64,000 nt of DNA from Podarcis filfolensis (lineage: Eukaryota). The notes below the pieces were generated by a model. It worked only from the letters and a program-made list of their open reading frames with translations. It did not search any database and was not told the DNA's origin. The translations under genes and the position numbers were made by a program. Below are positions 12,493 to 25,270 of this stretch, piece by piece (position 1 is the stretch's first letter; each line of letters opens with the position of its first letter). The stretch lies in NCBI GenBank assembly GCA_964270895.1, contig OZ185436.1; one strand, written 5' to 3'.

Positions 12493-13784
12493 TCCCAATT
12501 TCTTGTGCCAACTGTTTCCCACCATCCAGACTGCTGCCCCTGCTTCACAATCCCTGCTCCCCCTTTTCTCCGTTCTCTCCCTCCCCTACTCAGGCTCTCT
12601 CCAAACTCTCTTTATTACAATATAATTTGGGGAAGGGAGGGGAGGGAAGGAAAGGAGAGGAAGGACAGCACAGCACAGCACAATCACTGCTGTATCCCCG
12701 GCACAGGAACTATTGTGACACGTGCATGCAGAATTAAAAGAAGCAGCTGCTACTAATTTTGATTGGTTTCTTAAACTGCACAGGAGCCACCACCTGAATG
12801 GATTAGGGAAGTGGTGTTTCTCTCACAATCAGGTTTGCAAACCACCGAAAAGGCAGAGTCAATAGCAGTGATTAACAAACCCAATTATGAGAGAAATAAC
12901 ACTTCCCTCTTAAAAAGGAAAGCTTTACTTTTGTTCTGATTTTAAACATCAAGGATGCCAGGAGTTAAAATTGGATAGGAGGTGTGAGAATCCCACAGGA
13001 AAATGGGTTTCAGAGATCTGTGATAGTATCTCTTGAGGTCTTTTATCAAAGCTTTAGAACAGCTTTGAGGGGAGAAAACTGTAGTATGAGAATGCACTGA
13101 AGAGGAGGGTGCCCCCTGAAGCTGCTTTTAGCAATGGGGGGCGGGCACATACCACACAAAGTGCACATCTCTCTTCCACAGCAGCACTCATAGCAGCCAA
13201 AGGAGGGATATCCACTGTGGAAATGCCATGGCGGGAAAACGTCAAGCTTTCAATACTGCAGTCCGTCAGGCCTCTCCACTGACCTGCAGCCGCTTTTAGT
13301 TTGTTCCCAGTGGTCAAAGAAGCCTATCCAACCAGACTGCCTTGGACAATGCAGGAAATGGATAGCAACACTGTCAGATGTTGCCTAACTCCTGTCAGCC
13401 TCTGTTGGCATGATCAGTGCCCAGGGATAATGGGAGTGATAGTCTAGCAACATCTGGAAGGCCACAGGAAATCCCTGCGTATGAGACTGCCATGCTCCTA
13501 CATAACATTGTGACCTGGGAGTGGGAACGAAGGTGGACGCCTACTATTCTCCCACTAAATGGAATTCTCTGTAGTGAATGCCAAAGTGATAAAATACAAA
13601 CCATCTTGATTGCAGGAATAATCTTTAAGTCAAACAACCCCTCATGCAACTGCTTCCCTTTCAAACACCCCAATTCTATAATTACACCTGCATAATCTGC
13701 CTACCCATCTTTTCCCATGTGAAATCAGAAAGATTAAGCCTCCTAAATCCAAGCAGACACAGCAAGTTACCAACAAAAGATGTA

Positions 13785-14104
13785 CCGTATTTTTCGCCCT
13801 ATAGGACGCACCGGCCCATAGGACGCACCTAATTTGGGGGGGGGGGGTGGAAATAAAGGAAAAAACATTTATTTCCCCCCCAGGCGCAGGGCTAGGGCGG
13901 GGGAAGCCCGAGCTTCCCCTGACCCCAGAACATGCAGCTCTCCGCAAGCCGTGGGAGCGAGCTGCGCGAAGCTAAGCCTGGGCGAGCTGCGCCTCCCAGC
14001 TGTCCCCCGAGCTTGCGGGGCTGCATTCGCCCCATAGGACGCACACACATTTCCCCTTCATTTTTGGAGGGGAAAAAGTGCGTCCTATAGGGCAAAAAAT
14101 ACAG
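13785..14104. mobile_element. TcMar/Tigger-like MITE (CCGTATTTTTCGC TIR)
   Basis: TA|ccgtatttttcgccctatagg...cctatagggcaaaaaatacag|TA. Confidence 0.88.
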
Positions 14105-14348
14105 TACTTGGCAAGAATACTTACCTTTTCAAAATAATTTCAACCTTCAATCTAAAAACTTTGTTTTATTTACTAGAAAAATGTTTAGAAACTGTGTGGG
14201 TTTAGAAACAGGGGGGTGTCACTACTTTTACTCCAATTGTTCAGACTGCGGTAGCTCTGTGATTCTTATTCTGAGCTGAGTAGCCTGTAAACCACAACAA
14301 GCAGCTCCCCCTTCCCAAATTTCATATGAATAGGACGACTGCATAAAT

Positions 14349-14474
14349 CAGGCACCCCCACACTCGGCCCTCCAGATGTTTTCGGACAACACCCCCGACC
14401 ACTGGTCCTGTTAGCTAGGGATGATGGGAGCTGTAGTCCCAAAACATCTGGAGGGCCGAGTTTGGGGTTGCCTG
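14349..14474. mobile_element. Palindromic hAT MITE, 126 bp
   Basis: caggcacccc...ggggttgcctg with a perfect TSD gcataaat. Confidence 0.9.
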
Positions 14475-14497
14475 GCATAAATGTTATGGGGAATATA

Positions 14498-14872
14498 CCG
14501 TATTTTTCGCTCTATAAGACACACTTTTTCTCCTCCAAAAATTAAGGGGAAATGTGTGTGCATCTTAAGGAGCGAATGCAGGCTCCATGGCTTCGCGTTG
14601 CTTTCGCTGAAGCCTGGAGAGCGAGAGGGGTCGGTGTGCATGGACCCCTCTCACTCTCCTAGCTTCGCTTTGCTGGAGAGGCGCTGCGCAGGGAGAGCTG
14701 TGCAGCGCCCCTTCAGCGAAGCGGGAGGAGAAATGGAAGGGGCTCCTTTTCTCCTGCCGCTTTGCTGAAGGAGTGCTGCGCAGAGAGGGAGAGAATTTTT
14801 TTTTCTTGTTTTCCCCCTCTAAAACTAGGTGCGTCTTGTGGTCCAGTGCGTCCTATAGAGCGAAAAATACGG
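14498..14872. mobile_element. TcMar/Tigger-like MITE, opposite orientation to the 13785 copy
   Basis: ccgtatttttcgctctataag...ctatagagcgaaaaatacgg. The subterminal ggggaaatgtgtgtgc is the reverse complement of the motif in the 13785 copy. Confidence 0.88.
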
Positions 14873-14909
14873 CAGTTGTTATGCTTTAAAACTGCAGAAT
14901 AATTGGCAG

Positions 14910-15034
14910 CAGCCTTCCCCAACCAGATCCCCTTCATATGCTTTGGACTAAAACTCCTATGAGCCCTGTGCCAGCTGGGGCAGATGAAAATCATAGTCCT
15001 AAACACCTGGAAAGCACCAGGTTGACGAAGGCTG
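14910..15034. mobile_element. Degenerate hAT-type MITE
   Basis: TIR-like cagccttccccaacc / ggttgacgaaggctg. No TSD preserved. Confidence 0.55.
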
Positions 15035-16096
15035 CTTAAGGGAGTTCAGTTCTTGCCTAAGTATACAGACACTCCAAAATTAGAATACCATTTGTATCAG
15101 CGTGGGAAAGCATTATTTGAAATTAATTGCTATTATTTCTAAAGCTGCTTGAATTGCTATGCTGGTATCTAACTTCTTCAGAATCCAAAGATTACTTGCA
15201 CATGTTCCAGCTGAAAAGCAGGACTTAAAACTAGAGAACAGGCCAGGAAGTGGCCTGTGAAGGCTGTGTCAGGTTTCTGCCTGTTCAGGGGCTGAGTGAT
15301 TCTGACATAAGACGCCCTAAGCTTCCTGAAGGAGTAGGAAAGATGTGTAACAAACAAACACAGCTGAACTTTTCAAGAAACAAATCATAATCTCCTCTCG
15401 CTGCATATCAACAGTAACATAGGACGCTGTCTGATGCCAGGAGCAAATATTTGTCTATGTGGTCTATCTAGCCCAGGGAGTGGGAAACTGTGGTCTCTAG
15501 ATGTTGCTGGAATTCAGCCCTTACCACTGGCTGCTATGCTGGCTAGGGCTGATGGGAATTTGAGTCAACAACATGTGGAGGGTCACAGGTGGCTTTCCAG
15601 GGTCTCAAGAAAAGGTATTTCACTTCACCCTTTAGTAAAGATACCAGGGAAACTACCTGGAACTTTCTGCTTGCAGATCATGCGCTTTACCACTAAGCCA
15701 AGTTTCTGAAACTAGCTGCAATCTAGTTAACAATAAGTGACCTGGATCTACTGAACCCCCTGAAGTTAGTGGGAGACAGATTCAGAAGAGACACGTAGGA
15801 ACAGATGCTAGGTTCACCTGATAAGATATAGTCCAGGTTATTGTCATATGTACTGAAGCTGGAGACAAAATAACTTTCGGAATATCTACTGACAATCAGG
15901 GCAGTTCTTTTGTACATAAACATTTGTTAGAAGTTGTTTTATAGAAACCTCAGAAGAACACAGAGTAAGTATTTCAAAAATTCTTTGAAACCAGTCTGGA
16001 ATCCAAGGAGACCAACCATATAGGATTAAATTGCTATGCAGTAACCCCTTTCCTCAGATTTCAGTAATATTAGTAAATGTTGCTTGTTCTTCTTAC

Positions 16097-16290
16097 CTTA
16101 GATTCTGATTCCAGAAACAGTTTAGCCACTGGACCAAATAGCACCAAATCTAATTTTCGGGGTTCAACATCATCGGGCAGAAGAAAATATTCAATATGAT
16201 AAAAACGATGCATTTTTGGAATATACGTGTCTCTCATTTTAGATGCTGTTCTTGAAATATCTTGTCTAGAGCCCATCGCAGGCTTATTTG
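16097..16290 (-). CDS. CFAP92: CFAP92 exon 3 (DUF4550-type region; KMHRFYHIEYFLLPDDVEPRKLDLVLFGPVAKLFLESESK)
   Basis: Strong similarity to recalled human KMRRFYHIEYFLLPDDEEPKKVDILLFPMVAKVFLES. Acceptor is gatatttttctag|, donor is AAG|gtaaga (phase 0). Confidence 0.93.
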
Positions 16291-17212
16291 CTAGAAAAAT
16301 ATCCCAACAGAAATTGGAAGTGGGAAGAGAATCCAACTGTTACAAAATACCATTTTCCACATTTTATGTAAACAAATATTTCCAAGAATCTTATTTTTCT
16401 CACACACATATGAACACACACGTCTTTTGCAGAGCTGTTGGGGTCCCTGCTAGGATCTGGCCTTCATTTCTAGCGGAAGTTGTACATTCAGTTTAGCTCC
16501 CTGACAAAACCAGTAACTCTTCCCAAAATCCTTTCTCAAAGGTAGTTTCCAAGCTGAGCAGGAACATTAGTTCCTAAATTCTGTAGGCATGATACATGAT
16601 AATCTTTCCCAGTTCTTCAAACTTCAAGAGTTAGCAAAAACCATTCCAATATAAAGTATTTATCTACACCAGCCACAAGCCTAACCTATTTTTTCCTTTC
16701 CAGAGGGAAAACATATTAAGCATGTTGCTGAAAAACAACAGTCTTGTGGTACTATGACTGTGAGAATGTGCAAGGAAACCCACACTATTGGAAGATGCTA
16801 AAGGAACAAGAGAGTAGCAGCTACAAAGGGCCAAATCAGGCCCAGGAAGGTGTTAACAGAGCATGATGCTCCATAATGGAGGGATCCACACCTTAAACTA
16901 TTAACACATGAACTAAAAATTATGCCAGTTTCAGGCTCACAAATATACAAGACCTGGGACAATCAGCCAAGTCACACAATATGCCAACATGTGGGCACTG
17001 ACAAGAACACAAAAATAGTAGGTACTCTGCATCACTACCAACTGTGAGACAACCAGCGATGTAACCATTGGGCAATGCAGAATAAGGGTTTTACATAACT
17101 ATTGGGGGGGATGAAACAGTTTTTTTTGGGTGAGGGGCAACGTTCTCCTTAATATTTTGGGACAACATCTTCTGAAAGGAATGAAAAGGACTGATAAATG
17201 CAATTTACCTAC

Positions 17213-17472
17213 TTGGAGCTACAACTGGAACAGCCAACGAGATTGAGAATGTGCAGTTAATCCGGTGCTCAGAATCCAGCCCTTCACTTCTCATGGATTG
17301 AGAGCATGTTGTGCTTTCATCTTCAGGGGTAGGGTGACCACCCTCACCTGCCTCTGGGCTTTCAGTTCCAAAGGTGCTGTCCGAACGCACGGTGTTATCT
17401 GACCCTTTTGACTCAACTGGCTCACACTCATCCTCATCTTGCTCCTCAACATCTGGCAGTCTACTTGCCATC
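17213..17472 (-). CDS. CFAP92: CFAP92 exon 2 (MASRLPDVEE...RINCTFSISLAVPVVAP)
   Basis: Acceptor is ttttaattctatcacag|G. RINCTFSISLAVPV resembles human CFAP92 VVPCKFTISLAFPV as recalled. Donor A|gtaggt (phase 1) fits the next exon; an alternative donor lies 4 nt further in. Confidence 0.85.
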
Positions 17473-17529
17473 CTGTGATAGAATTAAAATTATTAGTTCT
17501 TTGGACTTCCAATTCCTTCTGTTCTGTTT

Positions 17530-17705
17530 TAGTTCCCAGAATTGAGTGTTCTGGTTTGCGAACATTTTTTGGAAGCAGAACGTCAGATACAGCTTCTAAT
17601 TGAGTGCAGGAAGCTTCTGCAGCCAATCGGAAACTGCACCTTGGTTTCTGAATGTTTTCAGAAGTCAAATGGACTTCTGGAATGAATTACGTTCGAGAAC
17701 CAAAA
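17530..17705. mobile_element. Degenerate TcMar MITE remnant
   Basis: ggacttctggaatgaattacgttcgagaacc resembles the subterminal ggacctccagaacgaattaagtt of the CAGTGGTACCTC family. Confidence 0.5.
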
Positions 17706-19254
17706 TATGATTGTAATTTATACAGTGCTTTTATTAAGCACGTCAAATACTTCAGATACATTATGAAAGGGCAAATTCACATATGCATAATCATCACTTG
17801 ATAGCCACAACATCAAGTGATGAGTTGCACACCTGAAATTGCCAAATCTAACAAGACTACCTCAAGCACATTGTTATTTCTGTGCTCACACATTCAGCTG
17901 GGGCTCAAGAGATTATAACCAACCGAGTGATGAGATGAGAAACCAATTAGCATGTGATTCAGCCACCGGTTAGTTATCCTTAAACTTGTAAAGTAGAATT
18001 ATAAATAGCCACTCATCTGGTCACCTGTGGCAAGCAACAATTGCCTCCTGGCAGCCAAAAAGCAAAACATTTGTAATTTGATAGATAATAATTTTCTTCT
18101 CCAAGGTTATAAACATACCAGAAATGGCCAATATTTATAGGTGGGCGTTCTGGCCATCTAGCAAACATTTATGTGGGCTAGAATGGAAGTGTTGCAGTAA
18201 GATACACCAGAGTTAGTCCGACAGATCCAAGGGCAACCCTTCTGAAGCTAAGCTGGTCTAGGCCTGATCTTGAGAGATCACCTGAGAACCCTCTGACCAC
18301 CACCACCTTGAGTTCCAGGAAGGAAGGAAGGAGCAGAAATGTAACCAACAGTAAACAAAATATTGCACACGGAACACTAAAGCTAAGAGAGGGAGTTTGC
18401 TTAAGGCTGCTTTCAGAATGAGCTGAGATTTGACACTAGGACTTCGTGCCTCATAGCTTACAATTAATCACTATGCTACTCCACCCTCTCTAATGTTGAC
18501 TGAGCAATGTGCCAATCTGATGAAGACTTATCACTTCTCCCACAAGATCTGTGGAAGTTGAATTGAAGGGGAAAGGGGTGGGTGGGAAAACGAATACCCA
18601 GGCAGCCACAGGCAAAAGAAGTAATGTGGAATAACCAATGGCTGAGCACCCCAAACCAATGATGGAAATGTGCATATAAAAGCAAGCTTCCTTTCACATT
18701 CCCCACGACACCCAAAAGGGTGTCATGTACATGATTCCCATGGCTGTTATCGTACTTAGCTTTCCCACCATGTGCATTCAACACACAATAAACACATTGC
18801 CTAATTTAAAACCGAAACCATCACGCTCCCAATATGCAAACTAGGCAAATAATACTGCCTAGTTAGATGGGAGAATTAGTACCACATTAAATGTATGGGG
18901 CGGGGAGAGCACAGACATCTGCTCAGCTTTGCCATTTTGAAGACTGATTTAGGTGCTACCCCCATCTGTAGCTTTGTCTCCTGTTGACGCTACAAGTGGT
19001 GAATGCAATATCAAAAAGCTCTTTATCAGACATACAGCCACTAGCCTGTAAAGCAGCATCTGCCTTGCAACCTTGCATACCACCTGTTGGCAGGGGCGAT
19101 GGCAGGCAAATGCTACATGTGTTCAAAGCTGAAAAAGCACATCCCCAACTGAGAAGAATCTGTACATCTGCAACAACAACAAAAAGCTTGACTGGAATTG
19201 AGGTTTCCAAAGTAGAAAAATATTTCCGGTCAAGCCATTTCTTGGTTGTTAGTA

Positions 19255-19477
19255 CAGTGGTACCTCGGGTTACAGGCGCTTCAGGTTACAGACTCCGCTA
19301 AGCCAGAAATAGTACCTCAGGTTAAGAACTTTGCTTCAGGATGAGAACAGAAATTGTGCGGTGGCGCGGCAGCAGCGGGAGGCCCCATTAGCTAAAGTGG
19401 TGCTTCAGGTTAAGAACAGTTTCAGGTTAAGAACGGACCTCCAGAACGAATTAAGTTGTTAACCTGAGGTACCAATG
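19255..19477. mobile_element. TcMar MITE (CAGTGGTACCTC family)
   Basis: TIRs and TA flanks; internal ggccccattagctaaagtggtgcttcagg. Confidence 0.9.
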
Positions 19478-20559
19478 TATGTATGTGTGAACCACCACCA
19501 TATCCACATATAAACGAAGAGTAGCCAACATGGTGCCCTTCAGACCAAGGTAGGCAGACCCTTAAGTTTTGGATTACAACACCTATCCCCCCCCCAATCA
19601 CTGACTATGCTGGTGGGAGCTGCAGTACAACACCTTTGCAGGGCACTACATTGGCTACCTCCCCCAATATAGGTTGGTTGTCATCTACGGTAATCATGCG
19701 TAAGTGTGAATGTTGGCTGGTGCCTGTTGCTCTACAATATGGAGATTCATACCTTAACAAAAAGGTGCACTTTCAGGGAACCTGAATGCATGTGTTGGCC
19801 ATCCAGCCACTACCTCACAGATAAACTAGAGAACCCAGAGTACTGGGCTTGTCTCAACAAATCATATGATTTCAGCTTGGCACTCATTAGTGTGGCCATC
19901 AAAGATGAGGGTTAAAGCACAACACATCATCAATACACTCAAATTCAGAAACACACCCTTTCTCTCCTTCAAGAAATGACACTATGTGCACAATCAAGTT
20001 TCTCTTGTTTCCAGGCCCTCTGCAGGGGAATTTATCCTCAAACTCCACAGAGAGGTGTTTTTAAAACCCTAAATACTAAAAATAAAAAAGCACTCTGCAC
20101 ATGGTCAGCGCCTTCCCCCTTTTGTCCCCTAGGATTAGGTCCACTAAAAAACAGAGGCAGCCAAGATGTAACAGTATATATACAGAGAGAGAATGGAGAG
20201 CATCTAACCTTCATTCAGACACACACCTGTGCTAATGGTGCGATCCCTACTTACCTGAGAGTAAGACCCACTGAATTCAATAAGGCTTGATTCTGAGCAG
20301 GGATTTAAGTTGGGTGGGAAGGAGCAACAGACTCCAGAGGCCTGTTCAGAAACCCAGGTAGAGAAAGGCAAAAAGTGCTTCAATAACCACAGAAATGTGA
20401 GATGAAGTTTTCTATTGGGCAGTTTACAGGGCAAACCTATTCGGGTCTACTCGAAAGTAAGTCCCAGCGAGCTAAACTGGGCAGAAGTCCAGCAGCTTTC
20501 GTCCCCTTGCAAAGCCAACCAAGCTACAAGAATTATTTCACTTCACAGCAAATGGGGAG

Positions 20560-21200
20560 GAAAATATAGAGGCGCGGGAGGTTGCTCAGCGCCTTTGAAC
20601 ACCAGAGTCCCCGCGTTTACCTCGCCCGACTAGTGTCCCGCGCCATCCCGCCAACCTCGGTAGGAAACTCGCTCTGGCCTAGAGGCGCGCGGCAACAGCA
20701 ACAAAACTAAACGCGCCTTAGGCGTGGGCGTTCTCCATTCCATCTCCATCCGCCACTCTGAAAAGAAGTCCCACTCCCGCCCCTTCCAGCGCCGCAATAG
20801 AGCTGCCCCGCGTGCTCGTCGTCCGCTTTGATTGACAATCCTCGGCGTAGGGATCCCGAGAGAAGCACAAGTTGCTAAGGGATTCGTTTGCTCGACCGCA
20901 AGAGGCTTTGCCCGAGAGCCCGCTCTTTGCAGAGGCAACAGCTGTGGGTAAACCCCGAGGGGAGCCGAGTAAGTCGTGCAGACGCCAACGAGGAAGGAGC
21001 ACTGGGAGCCCGAGGAGGGTCACGAGGAAAGGGGCGCAAAACGGCGGGAGCCAGGCCGCAGGCAATACGAAAAGCACGACCTCAAGCAGCGGCCTGGGAT
21101 GTTGCAGACGCGCCGTCGCGTTGCTAAAAGGCTGCCCTGCGGAGTTCCACGTGCAACGGACGCGTTCCAAACGACGCTCATGAATGTGCAAGACTCCTAA
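20560..21200. promoter_or_regulatory. CpG island / CFAP92 promoter
   Basis: High GC and CpG density, a GC box (cccgcccc near 20778), RFX half-site-like GTTGCTAAGG at 20871, and the first-exon donor at 20620. Confidence 0.75.
20621..20646 (-). CDS. CFAP92: CFAP92 exon 1, coding part (MARDTSRA + 2 nt)
   Basis: The ATG at 20646-20644 has a strong context (gcgggATGg) inside the CpG island. Donor is GAG|gtaaac at 20620. Splicing to 17472 gives AG+G = Arg, in frame with the exon 2 ATG. Confidence 0.6.
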
Positions 21201-21844
21201 GAGAACACTAGGAAGCCCCACAGAACTGGGACATACACATACTTATGATGTGAAAGCATGTTACTTGGTGGAGCAAAATAAATATATGATGTCACCAAAT
21301 AGGCCATTCCCTACAAATTTCAGTGCCAGGGCCATGCAACTGGCACTCCTGCATTAGTGTCATCAGTTTGTGGGTGCCAGACCTTTTAACCCCTGGGTGC
21401 AGCAAATCTTAAACTATAAACCATTTTAGATTATAAACCAGTGTGTGACAGATTGTGGGGGGGTGGGGAGAGGAGGGACTCTCCCATCATGAGTAGTACT
21501 GCTTTATAGGGAATATAGAAGGCTTGGGAATGGCCACGATCCAAGATAGGTAAAATGGTGTTATGCCTCCTGGGTGACTTGCTTTGATAGGCTGATTGCT
21601 GGGTAATAGGCATGGGAGATGGTTTCTTGATTGCCAGACATCCTTCTTGGCTGTTTGATATTACATATGCATTAGAATTTGGAGTCTGTGGCCCCCCTGC
21701 AGCTTGAGGGAGGGACAGGGAGAGATGAACATTTCTGCCTGACCTTAGCTTGAAATGGTATGCCTTTGGTGGAGGTTACACAAGTTCTCTGGGGATCTGC
21801 TGCCTGCTGACAGCATGCTCTGCTTGCATACTTGTAAGTAAATA

Positions 21845-22092
21845 CAGTGGTACCTCTGGTTACATACTTACCGGTAATTCGTTCCGGAGGTCCGTTCTTA
21901 ACCTGAAACTGTTTTAAACCTGAAGTGCCACTTTAGCTAATGGGGCCTCCTGCTGCTGCCGCGCTGCCGGAGCACGATTTCTGTTCTCATCCTGAAGCAA
22001 AGATTTTAACCCAAGGTACTATTTCTGAGTTAGCAGAGTCTGTAACCTGAAGCGTATGTAACCTGAAGCATATGTAACCCGAGATACCACTG
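21845..22092. mobile_element. TcMar MITE (CAGTGGTACCTC family), reverse orientation
   Basis: TIRs and TA flanks; internal sequence is the reverse complement of the 19255 copy. Confidence 0.9.
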
Positions 22093-22808
22093 TATTGCAA
22101 AGATGCCAGTCTCCAACGTACTCTAAACGGAAACCAAACACTGAAGTATTATTTCACTTGTCACTCATAAGAGAAAAGTGCATATCAATATCTTTATCTA
22201 TCACAAGCTATCTTATTATATATGTAACATTTCAAACATTAACCTGACTTTCTCTTTTGCTTCTAGTTTTTTTGCTAAAATCAGCCTTGCTGTAGTAATT
22301 AAACTCTTTTAACTCACTGTGTTGAACTTTTTGAACACTTACATATAGGCCTGGCTAGAACATTGTCTCGACTATGAGCCAGAGAGTACAGTCAACACCC
22401 ATCATACACACCCCTTTTGATTCTTTCACGTTATTCCCATCTGGATACAAAATCTGCCAAATCCTGCGTAAGGGGTTATGAGATTGGAGAAGAATCCCAG
22501 CTGTTAATGGTATGATGAACACCAGTTCTTTTTGGTATCTAGTGCATGGAAAATTAGTCATAAAATGGGAAGGCTTTGCTCTTGCATTAAATTCTTGAAA
22601 GAAGGGGTACTGAGTTATGCAAATTGCTTAAGAAACATAACAGAGAGTGGGATTCACCTAACATAATCCATCAGCGAAAGCCCTGCAGAAGGACTTCTGC
22701 TTGCAAAAAGGACTTTCCTCCTTCAATCCTCACCCCTGCCCTCAGGCCTCAAGAACATCAGCCTTCCTACAACATCTTTGGCTGAATTAAGGGGAAATGA
22801 GAAGGAGC

Positions 22809-22918
22809 CATGGGCGTGGTCAGGATTTTTGTTAAGGGGGACAAAACTTCAGCTGTGTATTTTGATTGATTTAGGGGAGCAGCTGCCCCCTCCCTGCCAC
22901 CCCTTGGCTACGCCCATG
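22809..22918. mobile_element. hAT-type MITE, 110 bp
   Basis: TIRs catgggcgtggtcagg / cttggctacgcccatg and a perfect 8-bp TSD gaaggagc. Confidence 0.85.
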
Positions 22919-23649
22919 GAAGGAGCTATAAAAGTAGTGGGTGACCCTTCTTATGTGGCTTTTCCATAATACAAGCATTGCCAATCACAAACAGCTTAGC
23001 AATTCCATAAACTGTTGTTCAAAGGACTTGAAAGAAACAAACATGGCCACGGAAACCTATAATAAAGACAACATGGTGGCCTGTTCTCAGAGACTGAATG
23101 ACATTACTACTGGATTACGACATACAGTACAGCCCTGGTTTATGTCTTCTTGTGTAAACAAGATACTGTGGTCCTTGATGCTGACAGACCACCATGTAAA
23201 TCCACTGAGATCTATGGTTTGACTGTAGATAGGAGACAAAACGATGATGCTACGTTGCACAATGTCCCAGCAAATTGGCAGGGGGGTAAATAAGCAGATC
23301 AAGAGGCTCAAAGTCTCTTTATTTGCTCTTTGTGGATAGGAATCCCAGATGCTGTTGATTACTGTGAACTCAACAGTGGTGGATGAAAGACAATGCAGAG
23401 AATCTGAAGCAAAATGAACAAAGTGACCCTGGACAAAGGAACAATGTAGGAAATACTATTTAGCCAGCGACTAAAGCAAGTTCCAGTAGAGTTGCCTACA
23501 TTGCAGTCTCCTTTTGTATCCCCCCCCCCCATCAGCGTATCACTTTCTAGGGGAAAAGACATAACTACCTGGAAACAACAGGTTGGTGGAGAGACCTTTC
23601 TATGGAACCCATCTGTTACTAAGAAGGTACAGAAACCCTGAAAGCCTAC

Positions 23650-23845
23650 CTTGCCACTGTGGTATAGTGGTTAGAATATTGGAGATGGACAGGGGAGACC
23701 CAGGTTCAAATCCCCCCTCAGCCAAAAAGGTAACTGGATGTTCTTGATCTGTTCACTCTCAGCCTACCCTACCTCATAAGTTTGCTGTGAGGATACAGTT
23801 GGTGGGACAACTGTGTACATAGCCCTCAGCTCTTTGGAAGAAGAG
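23650..23845 (+). mobile_element. Old tRNA-derived SINE
   Basis: A box tggtatagtgg, B box ggttcaaatcc, body ctcagcctaccctacctca. Confidence 0.65.
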
Positions 23846-24441
23846 TTTAAGGAGTCAGATTCCCTTCCTGATATCAAGCAGCCTGTCTGTTGGGAAGTGT
23901 ATGTATATTATAGCTATAGATTAGTTAAAGCCATAAATAATGGACTTTAACTTTCAGTGTGTCTGTCTTTCAACCGTATTGGTGATTTAAAGAGCTTAGT
24001 AGTATTTGTGTGGCTAAGTCACTGATGGTAAAACCTGAATCCTATTGATGGAGAAAAGGAATCCATTGTCTCCTGTAGCTATGATCTTGAAGCCACATCT
24101 TAGTTCTGCTGCACATCAGGCAGAATCTGTCTTTTAAAAATAAGCCTGGTAACAGCCAGATTTATTTAATGCAAGTTCTTTAATGTCAAGATTTTCAGCT
24201 ACAGCTTCCTAGATGCAGCTTCTTAATCCCTTACAATACAGTTCTTTTCATTTGTTTCCACATAAGCAGATTGTTTATCTGCAGTTGCTTTTACAACATT
24301 CTAGTATCATCACATTGTTTGGCACCAGCTGTCATATTGTAATAATTATTGCAAAACATTTCCATAGCAGAGAAGTGGCACTCTAGCTAGCAATAGCAGA
24401 AACCTTCACAGCAGCTAAATGGTGTTGATGAACTGGTGGTA

Positions 24442-24667
24442 CAGTGGTACCTTGGGTTACATATGCTTCAGGTTACAGACTCCACCAGCCCAGAAATAGT
24501 ACCTCGGGTTAAGAACTTTGCTTCAGGATGAGAACAGAAATCGTGCTCCAGCGGCGTGGCGGCAGTGGGAGGCCCCATTAGCTAAAGTGGTGCTTCAGGT
24601 TAAGAACAGTTTCAGGTTAAAAACAGACCTCTGGAACGAATTAAGTACTTAACCCGAGGTACCACTG
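24442..24667. mobile_element. TcMar MITE (CAGTGGTACCTC family)
   Basis: TIRs and TA flanks; same orientation as the 19255 copy. Confidence 0.9.
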
Positions 24668-25270
24668 TATATGTAAATACATGCCGATAAGTAGATATAA
24701 GCATTGATACTGGACTTGGATTCTTAAATCTCACCTCAACTAGATATCACTGGGTAGTTTTCAGCAGGCTGGCATCTCTACACATAGGTCAGTGTTATAT
24801 GAGGTGGCTTGCTTCCCATGCTATTTGACACACCCTCCTCCTTCCGATAGTTGTGCTAGCATGATTCTTTAAATCTTCTGAACCATGTGGAGTCTAGAGA
24901 CCAGCTTCACATGTGAAGGAACAGCATGCACACAGCATCAATTGCAAGTGACCACCATGGCACCGGCCTTCATTTGGCTAAATGAACAAACACATCAAGT
25001 GGTGATTTGCCACCTGTAAAATTAGTGTAAACTATACCAATACTGCTGTCCAAATTCTGAAAGTCACAGTGTGGGTTCTCTGACCAATGGGTTACATGCT
25101 TTGAGGAATCCGCATTGAAATCAATGAGACTGAAGGTGACTAACACTGATTTCAGTGGATATACTCTCAGCAGGATGCAATCCTAAACCTGGGAGTAAGT
25201 CCTATTTAATTAAATGGGGCTAACGTCTGAGCAGACATAGCCAAAATTGCACTGCTAAACAATTGTTTGA

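Noticed and set aside
17291-17668. 125-aa ORF suggesting a longer CFAP92 exon
   Set aside because: Different frame from the homologous exon, and its 5' half is a MITE remnant.
20718-21221. Several 74-167 aa ORFs over the CFAP92 CpG island
   Set aside because: Expected in GC-rich promoter DNA, and no recognisable protein.
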